64,000 nt of DNA, from contig CAYGXQ010000003.1 of the NCBI GenBank assembly GCA_964354025.1, positions 16,888 through 80,887 of the forward strand, read 5' to 3'. The notes beneath the pieces were generated by a model. The model was not told the DNA's origin, did not search any database, and was given only the letters and a program-made list of their open reading frames with translations. This DNA is from an uncultured Gammaproteobacteria bacterium. GTDB taxonomy: Bacteria > Patescibacteriota > Microgenomatia > 2-02-FULL-39-11. Made by a program: the position numbers and the translations under genes. Positions 1 to 8,019 of this stretch are shown here, piece after piece. Position 1 is the first letter of the stretch. Each line of letters begins with the position of its first letter.

Positions 1-1157
1 TACAGATAAAAGACCAAACAGTGATAAACGCCCTACCCGACCGGCCGGCAGAACAGTTGCCAACCGCAAAAGTGGAGACTCATGCCGTTTCTCCAACGAA
101 TATGGAAATAATTTCTTTAGGCAACCGTTTCTGGAAACGGGAGAATTTGCAAAGCAAAAATTGGGTTGTCGGAACACTGGCGGAGTATTTTGCCGACGGA
201 AAAATCGTTTCCACAAACGGAATTAAAAGCAAAGGCGACAATTTAATCAAAAGCGAAGAGGGTACCGTCGACCAATTACCGTTTGAAAAATGGGAAATCC
301 ATCTTTTTAAACCCACCGGAGAGGAAATCATTGTCAGCGGCGGCAAATATTACTTAAGTAAAAATCCTGTGGATAAACAGTGGCAGATGGGCGAATTAAA
401 AGCTCTTCTTCCCGATTTACCGGTAGTTACTCAACCCCAAACAAGTGTTCAACCGGAAACAGAAAACAGCGGTTTTGCTAAATTGGTGGAAAGACTGATG
501 GAAGAACTGCGCAAGTTTTTCCGTCCGGAACTTCTTAACCGTTTTGACGAAATCGTCGTATTCAAACCGCTTAGCCGCAAACACTTAAGCGCCATCGTCG
601 ACCTTCAGATGAAAAGCCTGACCAAAATGATAAATGAACAAGGGATTGGAGCCAAAATTTCCGAACCGGCCAGGGAATTTATCGGCGAAACCGGTTATGA
701 TCCGGTTTTTGGCGCCCGGCCGCTCAGACGAACAATTCAAAGGCTGGTGGAAAATCCGATTTCTTCATTGCTGATTAAAGGAGAGGTAAAAGAAGGCGAC
801 TCGATCTTGGTGGATTTTGACGGGAATGAACTGTCTTTTAAAATAGAAAAAATGGAGAAGAAAAAACCGGAAGAACCGGTTGTTGTTTCTCAGACGGCGG
901 TTAAACCGGGAGAGGTGAAAGCCACTGATAGTAAAGCGGCAGAGGTGAAGACACCCGGAGAATTGCCGCAGAAGCCGGTTGTGCCGGGACAAATACCGGC
1001 GCCGGTGGCGCCAGCAGGTACAGATAAAACCGTTCTTCCGCCGGATGGAGAAAAATCGAAAACCGTGAACCCTCTTGAGGATTACTTCTCTACTCCCCCG
1101 CCGGCGCCAACCAATATGAAACCAAATATTCCTCCGACAACTGCCGCTTCAGTTTAA
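1..1157 (+). CDS. Partial (5'-truncated by window edge) Clp/Hsp100-family ATPase C-terminal region with atypical upstream segment and Pro-rich tail
   Basis: Reading frame is open to position 3. Residues ~155-270 (FRPELLNRFDEIVVF...GYDPVFGARPLRRTIQRLVENP) match the sensor-2/D2-small domain of ClpB/ClpC. The preceding ~150 aa and the C-terminal PxxP-rich tail are not Clp-like. Confidence 0.55.
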   Translation, partial: QIKDQTVINALPDRPAEQLPTAKVETHAVSPTNMEIISLGNRFWKRENLQSKNWVVGTLAEYFADGKIVSTNGIKSKGDNLIKSEEGTVDQLPFEKWEIHLFKPTGEEIIVSGGKYYLSKNPVDKQWQMGELKALLPDLPVVTQPQTSVQPETENSGFAKLVERLMEELRKFFRPELLNRFDEIVVFKPLSRKHLSAIVDLQMKSLTKMINEQGIGAKISEPAREFIGETGYDPVFGARPLRRTIQRLVENPISSLLIKGEVKEGDSILVDFDGNELSFKIEKMEKKKPEEPVVVSQTAVKPGEVKATDSKAAEVKTPGELPQKPVVPGQIPAPVAPAGTDKTVLPPDGEKSKTVNPLEDYFSTPPPAPTNMKPNIPPTTAASV

Positions 1158-1316
1158 TTCTTCCATTTAACGCCCCCTATCCCCCTCTTAGTCTAAGAGG
1201 GGGAATTAACAGCGTCATTCCGACCGATTCCATGGTAGTGGATGAGTGGAGGAATCTTCTAACCTGGGAAGATCCCTCGGATCCGCCAGCTGGCGGACTC
1301 GGGATGACATAGGAAG

Positions 1317-2042
1317 TTAACGGAGGGTAATTTTCTTTTTCAACAGCTTTTGCCAAAGGGAGAGATTGGCGGTGACAAAGAGAAGGACCAGAAAATCGGT
1401 TACTCCGGCAATTATCAGATACAGATTAAGATCGGAAAAAACCACGGTAATCTGCATGGTTAGCTTTTCATCAAAAAAGACCCGGACGCCGATAAAGTAC
1501 AAAGAGATTAAAACAAGAAGAATGATCGGCCCGATAAAAATCAAACTTTGCAGATCCTGACGGCTGGAAAACATGGTGATTGAGATCACAAAGAATAAGA
1601 AGAAACAAAGAGTATTAAGTATTAAGTATTGGGTATTAAGTATATTTGATAAATCAGGTAATAATAGTTTTCCGATTACATATATTAATATCAGGCCAAC
1701 AAACATCGGTGCCAAGCCAATGAGGGTTTGGCGGAAGGGGTCAGTTTCCACGATTTCCAACTTTCCGGCTTTCACCTGTTTGCTTTTACCGTCATTGATT
1801 GATTCAATTTCCGGCATGACTGATAATTCTCCGGTGGGCACCCGTAGTATGGTGGCCGCCAGAAAATGAGCCACTTCATGGATAATTGTTCCCAGAAGAA
1901 GAATGACGGCTAAAATCCTCATGGAAAAACCTTCACTGCTAGTCAGAAGAAATAAAAAGGCATAAAACCTAGCGGTAACCAGCCGGGAAAGGAAATAGAT
2001 GATCAGGAGAAGAAAAAGAAGAAGCAGAAATTGAAGCAGCAT
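1317..2042 (-). CDS. Polytopic membrane protein with HExxH motif (site-2 protease / M50-like zinc metalloprotease candidate)
   Basis: Multiple hydrophobic helices; HEVAH embedded in a predicted TM helix, as in intramembrane metalloproteases. Confidence 0.45.
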   Translation of the reverse strand: MLLQFLLLLFLLLIIYFLSRLVTARFYAFLFLLTSSEGFSMRILAVILLLGTIIHEVAHFLAATILRVPTGELSVMPEIESINDGKSKQVKAGKLEIVETDPFRQTLIGLAPMFVGLILIYVIGKLLLPDLSNILNTQYLILNTLCFFLFFVISITMFSSRQDLQSLIFIGPIILLVLISLYFIGVRVFFDEKLTMQITVVFSDLNLYLIIAGVTDFLVLLFVTANLSLWQKLLKKKITLR

Positions 2043-2094
2043 GAGTAATTTATTTTTAGTCTATCAGATGGAAAAACCGAAGTCAAAAAAGGAG

Positions 2095-3660
2095 TTAACC
2101 ACCTTCTCCTTGTTGAGAAGCAGTAGCGGTAGATTCTTTATCCCATTGTTGGAAAAGCTGCAGCAGTAAAGCAAGCATACTTATTCCAATCATCGCTTTA
2201 TCTCCCCAATTTCTATTTTTGTGGAAAAGCAGAAGCTCATCTACTCGTTTTATCATTGTTCCTTTGTCAAGTTTATTCGGACGAGCTTGATATTGATCTA
2301 ATTTCACCATCTCGTCAACAATTTTATCCGGTGCAGGTATGAATTCTTTTAAAACTCGGCCGATGCCCGGTAAATTTTCCGGAGTACCGATTGCATTGAC
2401 AATTTGTTCTACCTGTAATCTGTTGATCACCGCATCTTTCCAGAATTGAGCGCTAATATTTGGCAATTCTGGAGCAAAAAGATTTACAAAAGCAGAAAGC
2501 TCTATTATTGGTTCTCTTGGAAGAGAAAATACAGCACCATATAATTTTCGGAGTTCTATTAATTTCTCTTTATTTTTTGTCGGGTCTAGTTTCAATCGCG
2601 TTTCGAGAATTCGTAAGGCTCCTTCAACAACCGGTCTGGTATACGGTTGATCAGCGGGGAAATATTTCGCTAAAGTAATAACGGTAAATGATTGCTTATC
2701 AAAAGAGGCATATTCTGGATCAGAAACTATATTCTCACACTCTTTAAGCAGGAATTCCTGAATTTTTTGGATAGTTTCTTTTTTTATTACTCCGTCTTCT
2801 TTGTAAACAAAACCATTGGCGTCAAAAACATCCCTTTCTTTTGCTTTTATTTCTTCAGCACCAGGCAGATAATCCACCAAGGCGCCAAATAATCTTTTCG
2901 CCTTTACCGCTCTTTGTGGTTGATTTTGATCTTCTCCAAGTCGCTCCAATCCTCCCAGAATTGGACCCACGCTATTGCGGACATAGATGGTTGTTCCAGT
3001 TCCATTTCCGTTTCCATCAAGCAAAACATAAGACTCGTCATCGGGATTATACCGGTAATGTTTATTTCTGATGCTCTCAACATCGTCGCGATGTTCCAAC
3101 ATTAGATACATTTCTACCTCTGCTTCTTGGCCAGGTTGTATTGGTTGTGGTGAAAGTTTTTTCCATTCTGTAAGTCTTTCTTTAATTTCTGTTTGAGCAG
3201 CTTCCAGTTTTTTATCCAATTCCCGCCTTTCTTTGGCAGCAGTGTTGATTTGCTTTCGTCTTTTAATTTCTTTGGCAAACAATTCATTATCATCAGTTTT
3301 TAAATAGTTAATAACAGAATCTCTATCTTCTTTCCAAAAACCGGCTTCACTGGCTAGCATGACGACGTGAACAGCGCCGTGAGGATCATCACCGAAAAGG
3401 GTCTCTATTTCTGTCCGGGTGAGAGTTCTACCTTCGATATTTAAGACATGTAAAACCGCCGGACCAAATTCATTGTCGTGAGACCTGTCAGGTTTTGGTT
3501 TAGGTTCAGGCGGAGGCGGTGGAGGTAGAGCTGCTGGCGCAGCCTCAGGAGGCGGTGGAGATGTGTCAATTGGAGGTGGATTTCCTCCTCCCACTGGTTC
3601 TCCTTCTGGACTTGTACTAACTGGTTGAGTGGGTTGTGTTGGTTGAGCAGTACTAGACAT
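2095..3660 (-). CDS. Hypothetical protein with Pro-rich N-terminus (PPPPPPEPKPKP); no recognisable domain
   Basis: Long ORF, host-like codon usage, divergent from the 3751 gene. Confidence 0.5.
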   Translation of the reverse strand: MSSTAQPTQPTQPVSTSPEGEPVGGGNPPPIDTSPPPPEAAPAALPPPPPPEPKPKPDRSHDNEFGPAVLHVLNIEGRTLTRTEIETLFGDDPHGAVHVVMLASEAGFWKEDRDSVINYLKTDDNELFAKEIKRRKQINTAAKERRELDKKLEAAQTEIKERLTEWKKLSPQPIQPGQEAEVEMYLMLEHRDDVESIRNKHYRYNPDDESYVLLDGNGNGTGTTIYVRNSVGPILGGLERLGEDQNQPQRAVKAKRLFGALVDYLPGAEEIKAKERDVFDANGFVYKEDGVIKKETIQKIQEFLLKECENIVSDPEYASFDKQSFTVITLAKYFPADQPYTRPVVEGALRILETRLKLDPTKNKEKLIELRKLYGAVFSLPREPIIELSAFVNLFAPELPNISAQFWKDAVINRLQVEQIVNAIGTPENLPGIGRVLKEFIPAPDKIVDEMVKLDQYQARPNKLDKGTMIKRVDELLLFHKNRNWGDKAMIGISMLALLLQLFQQWDKESTATASQQGEGG

Positions 3661-3750
3661 ACAGTAAATTTATCATACTATCCCCTATTTTTATTTTCCA
3701 GTTGCAAATTTTCATTACCTTATATAGTATGGAATTAAGGATAAATTTTT

Positions 3751-6132
3751 ATGGCACCTCAACCAGCACCACCAGCAGTAGTTACCAACAAACCTAAAGA
3801 AGGAGAGGTGGCTACTACATCTACACCGGAAGTAAAACCGACGCTATCAATAAAATATACGGAACTAAAGAAGATAGAAATACCTACCCTGGAACCTCCG
3901 AAACCCGTAGTGCTTGATGAGGACTGTATAAATACCCTTAAAAGTACCCTAGTCTATCACTTTCAGATATTAGAGCAGACAGCCGCTGGGTCACGGCCTG
4001 CTGCCGATACCTTACGCGGACAATTTTATGAACTGTTCAAAAGTGCCGTATTAAAGAAATACGGAAAAGTCGATTCAGAAAAACTGGAAGATTTATATAC
4101 CGTTGCTGAAGAGTTTATAAAAACAGGAGAAAGAGAAGGAGAAGGAAAAGGCGCGGCGATCAGATTAGCCTTAAAACTGGATGAATGGGAAGAAGCAACG
4201 CTTCAGGCAAAAACAGGGATAATGTTTAAAAATAAAAAAGCCATAAAAGAATGGCAGATTGATAAAATAAAGAGAAAAAGATGTAAAGCAACGAAAGAAG
4301 GCTTCGCAGTTGAAGAATATACTCCCTGGTATTTATCAAAATTTCGAAAAATCTCAAGACCGATCACCGGATATGAATATGAATTTGAAGGAGGGCGTAA
4401 TTTAAGTAACGTACTTCTTACACCCGAACAAACAGAATTTTTGATACAAGCGGGTTTGGATGTAGTCAACTTAACAGATAAACAAAAAGAACAGATTGAA
4501 GTCAGATTCAGTAATATCGCTGATCTAAGAATAAATTTATACTCTCAAACCGGACTTGAACAAAAGGATATCGAGTTGAATTTCATCAAAAAAGATCCAA
4601 CCAATGCAACCGGTAGAAATTATCGTGATAATAAGACAGCGCATTTAATTGGAGAGGTAAGCGCCGGTGGACCGTTGACTAATGTAAGAGAAATAATTGA
4701 GCAGGAGGGCACAGATATTGCACTGGACGTAAAAAAGAAAACAGAAGAGGAACTAGAGAAATTAAAAGCGAAACATGAAGCTGGTAGATTACGCGAAAGA
4801 ACTCATAAGCAGTTGGTTAAAAGAATCGCGGAAATCGATACAGAAGCCAAAGAGGAAATGGATGAGGATGAAAAAGTAAAAAAACAGACAGAACTGCAAA
4901 AAGAAATAGATAGGCTTAAAGAAGAATTGGCATTGTTTGGAAGAAAAAGCGCATTGCCAAATGAAATCGCTGAAGCTGAAAAAGCTCGTGATAAAGCTTC
5001 CGATCTAGTAACAGATCGCCAGACAAAAATAAAAGTTCCGGGTGAAGCATCGGTTGACCTAATTAAATGGGCGGGAGACCTGTCACAAACGGAAAGCTGG
5101 AAATATATCGAGATGCAATGCAAATTGCTTGAAAGACAAATGCAATTATTGAGAGAACAGCTAACAGAAGCTCGCGCTGGATTAAAAGAACACAATACCT
5201 CAAGGCCCCAAAGTGATCTTAGAAATATAATCCAGTATGATCCCAAAACCGGAGTCAAGGTAGCCGATGTTAAACCTGACCCGGTTGACGTAAAAGAAAA
5301 AGAAGAATTTTTAAGGATACAGGCAGAATTAAATAAGGAAATTGATGATTTAAAGAATAAAATCTATAAAGATTCATGGTCTGGAGGAACAAAACCTCTT
5401 GCAGAGTTAATACAAGAATTGACCGACCAGTATTCAAGAAGGAAAGCGGCAGTTGAGGATCCGGAAACCAAACAACTACTTGATGCATATATTGCTTGCG
5501 AAAAAGCAGTTGCAGATAAAACTAAGGAGCAAATAGAGGTCGAAGCTAAAGTTACTGCTTTAGCGGCTACAGCTGATGAAAAAGATGAACTGCAGATAAA
5601 AGCAAAGAAAAAGAAAGTACAGAAAGAAAAGGAGGTTGTTGGTGCTCCATCCGGCAAAGCTAAAACGGAAATGCAGGCCTTAACTGCTTTGGAAAAAATA
5701 TATACAACTCAAGGTGAAACCGATTTAAACAATCGCATAAAAGAAGCAGAGCAGGACTTATTAAAATTTGAGCTCAGTCCTAATTGGGAAAAATTTCCTC
5801 CGGTTATCCAGCGTTGCATTCAATTAATTTATGGAGATGATGTGAGAGAAACTTTCTTGACCGATAAAGATGCTTATGAGCAGGTGATGGCTTTGATGAC
5901 GTCAAAAAAATATTTGGATATATTTATAGACGCAATTGAATCTTCAGGAGCAGTAATTGCTGTTCTCGCTCCAAAAGCATCTGTTAATGCTGATGGGGTA
6001 TATGAACATGTTGATCAAGTGTTTCATGGGGCTACCATAGTGTCGAATACATTTCCTCTAAATATTATTAACGAAGAATTGATTAAAAAAATTGTTGATG
6101 GGTTAAGGAAGAAAGCCTTAAATATACCATGA
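3751..6132 (+). CDS. Hypothetical 793-aa protein, K/E-rich with long predicted coiled coils
   Basis: Long ORF; heptad-like charged repeats; no catalytic motif recognised. Confidence 0.5.
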   Translation: MAPQPAPPAVVTNKPKEGEVATTSTPEVKPTLSIKYTELKKIEIPTLEPPKPVVLDEDCINTLKSTLVYHFQILEQTAAGSRPAADTLRGQFYELFKSAVLKKYGKVDSEKLEDLYTVAEEFIKTGEREGEGKGAAIRLALKLDEWEEATLQAKTGIMFKNKKAIKEWQIDKIKRKRCKATKEGFAVEEYTPWYLSKFRKISRPITGYEYEFEGGRNLSNVLLTPEQTEFLIQAGLDVVNLTDKQKEQIEVRFSNIADLRINLYSQTGLEQKDIELNFIKKDPTNATGRNYRDNKTAHLIGEVSAGGPLTNVREIIEQEGTDIALDVKKKTEEELEKLKAKHEAGRLRERTHKQLVKRIAEIDTEAKEEMDEDEKVKKQTELQKEIDRLKEELALFGRKSALPNEIAEAEKARDKASDLVTDRQTKIKVPGEASVDLIKWAGDLSQTESWKYIEMQCKLLERQMQLLREQLTEARAGLKEHNTSRPQSDLRNIIQYDPKTGVKVADVKPDPVDVKEKEEFLRIQAELNKEIDDLKNKIYKDSWSGGTKPLAELIQELTDQYSRRKAAVEDPETKQLLDAYIACEKAVADKTKEQIEVEAKVTALAATADEKDELQIKAKKKKVQKEKEVVGAPSGKAKTEMQALTALEKIYTTQGETDLNNRIKEAEQDLLKFELSPNWEKFPPVIQRCIQLIYGDDVRETFLTDKDAYEQVMALMTSKKYLDIFIDAIESSGAVIAVLAPKASVNADGVYEHVDQVFHGATIVSNTFPLNIINEELIKKIVDGLRKKALNIP

Positions 6133-6509
6133 AAAAATATACGATTTCAGATTTAGCAACTGTATTGCAATTAGATAAATCTGTAAAAGAAGATTTACGC
6201 ATAAATTATGAAAACTACAATGAAGATTTAAAGTACGAAATCCAAAAGGTTTTATGGGATGGAGTGCATGAACTGAAAAACAGATTGGCTAAATTGAAAC
6301 ATGAAGAAATGCTTTTGGAAGTGGATGAAGGCAAAAGGGAATTAACCACAGATCTTTACCAGCAGGCGGTAAAAGCCGTCTGGCAGGATTTTGATGATCT
6401 CCTTGCCGGAAAGAAAAATGACATTTCGCAAATAGAGGAAATCCGCTCTAAACTCAAACTGCCGGACTTACCTCTTCCCCATCCGGATGACCGACGGGTT
6501 ACTCAGTAA
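6129..6509 (+). CDS. Hypothetical protein, translationally coupled (ATGA overlap) to the 3751 gene
   Basis: Start overlaps the upstream stop. Confidence 0.4.
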   Translation: MKKYTISDLATVLQLDKSVKEDLRINYENYNEDLKYEIQKVLWDGVHELKNRLAKLKHEEMLLEVDEGKRELTTDLYQQAVKAVWQDFDDLLAGKKNDISQIEEIRSKLKLPDLPLPHPDDRRVTQ

Positions 6510-6516
6510 ATCTCCC

Positions 6517-6543
6517 ATTAATTTCATGGAACATAGTTTTCGG
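6517..6543. repeat. Direct repeat R1 (ATTAATTTCATGGAACATAGTTTTCGG), copy 1, 8 nt after the stop of 6129..6509
   Basis: 27/27 with one mismatch versus copy 2 at 7445-7471; a CTCC is also shared upstream. Confidence 0.7.
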
Positions 6544-6663
6544 AAGATTTTATTTTATCTTGACCACTTTTTTGAATGATTCAACGAATCACTTTCCGCT
6601 AGATTTTTGATTATTTAATCCGGCCGTTTGCAGTTTACCTTTCTCGTGATAAAATATCAGTAT

Positions 6664-7005
6664 ATGACCATAAAATATTTGGCCGATAAATTTAAGATTC
6701 CCAAGTCTGATTTGGAAAATGAAGCTTCTGAAATCCTTCTTCTTTCTGAAATACGAAGAATTGAAGGAGAAATATATTCCATTACAGAAAAACATGGAGT
6801 AAAGACACTTTCTCAAATGGATAAAATGATCAAAAGCGGTAAATTAACGGAAAAACAAATCGGCGAAGATTTTTTTAAGCTTGATTATTTAATAGAGAAA
6901 AAGAAAGAAGTAGAAGGTTTGTTAAAAGACTATAAGGAGAAATTCAATCCATGGATCGTTATGAACAATTTCAAAGGATTGCTGAAGTTGAATTTAGGAC
7001 GATAA
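6664..7005 (+). CDS. Small hypothetical protein (first gene of repeat-flanked cassette); ATG at 6664 preferred over the TTG at 6628 used by the ORF track
   Basis: ORF; alpha-helical, charged. Confidence 0.35.
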   Translation: MTIKYLADKFKIPKSDLENEASEILLLSEIRRIEGEIYSITEKHGVKTLSQMDKMIKSGKLTEKQIGEDFFKLDYLIEKKKEVEGLLKDYKEKFNPWIVMNNFKGLLKLNLGR

Positions 7006-7328
7006 TTTCCGGTACGGATAACTTCGGACACAAATTACGAATTTATTTCATCGATAAAAGTTTTCTCGATGTATTTGTTTCCACCCAATGCAAGTTTCAG
7101 TTATTTTCATTTCATTGGGAAAGAAGACATTTGGAAAAGGGATTTTTCAGGCTTGATAATACTCCTGATCCAAAATGGAAAAAAATAAGTTCTTTCCCAA
7201 TCCATTTTCATAGAAGATCATATGACAATGTAGTAAATTCACCGTTTAGTAAGAATGATAATATCGAGGATTTATTCCGTGAATTTATGAAGCTTATACA
7301 AGAGAAAACTGGAAATAAAGAAGGATAA
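6951..7328 (+). CDS. Small hypothetical protein with conserved-looking W-x-R...FRLDN...FPIHFH motif (second cassette gene, 55-nt overlap with the first)
   Basis: ORF; motif reminiscent of small proteins found in two-gene TA-like cassettes (from memory, not verified). Confidence 0.4.
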   Translation: MDRYEQFQRIAEVEFRTIISGTDNFGHKLRIYFIDKSFLDVFVSTQCKFQLFSFHWERRHLEKGFFRLDNTPDPKWKKISSFPIHFHRRSYDNVVNSPFSKNDNIEDLFREFMKLIQEKTGNKEG

Positions 7329-7444
7329 ATTATGCAGGTAAATATATTTTTAGTAATTACGGCAGTGATCTTGATGTCTATTGCCGGTTATCTCATTTTC
7401 TTCCGTTTAGGAAAAAAGTAAGTCTGCAAATACTTGTACTCCTC

Positions 7445-7471
7445 TATTAATTTCATGGAACATCGTTTTCG
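7445..7471. repeat. Direct repeat R1, copy 2 (ATTAATTTCATGGAACATCGTTTTCGG)
   Basis: See copy 1; lies 20 nt after a 29-codon hydrophobic mini-ORF (7332-7421). Confidence 0.7.
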
Positions 7472-7573
7472 GCTAAGTCTACTGAATTAAAATTCCGTGC
7501 CCAAATATTACCGTAAATAAATTAACAAACTGCTCCTTTCGGAAAATGTTATGATAAATGTTAATATTATTAT

Positions 7574-8005
7574 ATGAATAAATTAATTATTTTTACTGAC
7601 GGAGGGGCCAGAGGCAACCCGGGTCCGGCGGGGATCGGTGTAATAGTAAAAACCGAAACAGGAGAAATAGTTCAAAAAATTTCTCAAAGAATCGGAGAAA
7701 CGACCAATAACGTTGCCGAGTACACGGCAGTGGTAAAAGCGCTGGAGTGGATGAAAAATAATACTACGTACTCGCCTCATGGTGTCGCGTCTACGGGGCA
7801 AGTTTTCCAATTTTATTTAGACTCGACGTTAGTTGTTAATCAGTTGAACGGTTTGTTTAAGGTGAAGGATGCCAAGCTAAGGGAACTGCTTTTACAAGTC
7901 CGGATGCTGGAACAGGAAGTCGGCGGAAAAATCTATTACTCCGCCATCCCCCGCGAAAAAAATATGGAAGCGGACGCGTTAGTTAACGAAGCACTCGACA
8001 GTTAA
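7574..8005 (+). CDS. rnhA: Ribonuclease HI
   Basis: TDGGARGNPGPAG...AEY...ALVNEAL; RNase H type 1 catalytic D/E/D signature and length. Confidence 0.85.
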   Translation: MNKLIIFTDGGARGNPGPAGIGVIVKTETGEIVQKISQRIGETTNNVAEYTAVVKALEWMKNNTTYSPHGVASTGQVFQFYLDSTLVVNQLNGLFKVKDAKLRELLLQVRMLEQEVGGKIYYSAIPREKNMEADALVNEALDS

Positions 8006-8019
8006 AATATAATTAATTT

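Noticed and set aside
80-346. Minus-strand 88-aa ORF inside the Clp-like gene, and many similar antisense or out-of-frame ORFs in the track (e.g. 765..992, 4203..4469, 4803..5258, 15213..15506, 17059..17388, 18326..18589, 27276..27563, 34314..34715)
   Set aside because: Fully embedded in longer, motif-supported genes on the other strand or frame; low-complexity translations; no independent support.
1160-1316. Possible small RNA gene (SRP RNA / 6S-like) in the structured convergent spacer
   Set aside because: I could not match the SRP domain IV motif or any tmRNA or RNase P landmarks; the hairpins are more simply explained as bidirectional terminators.
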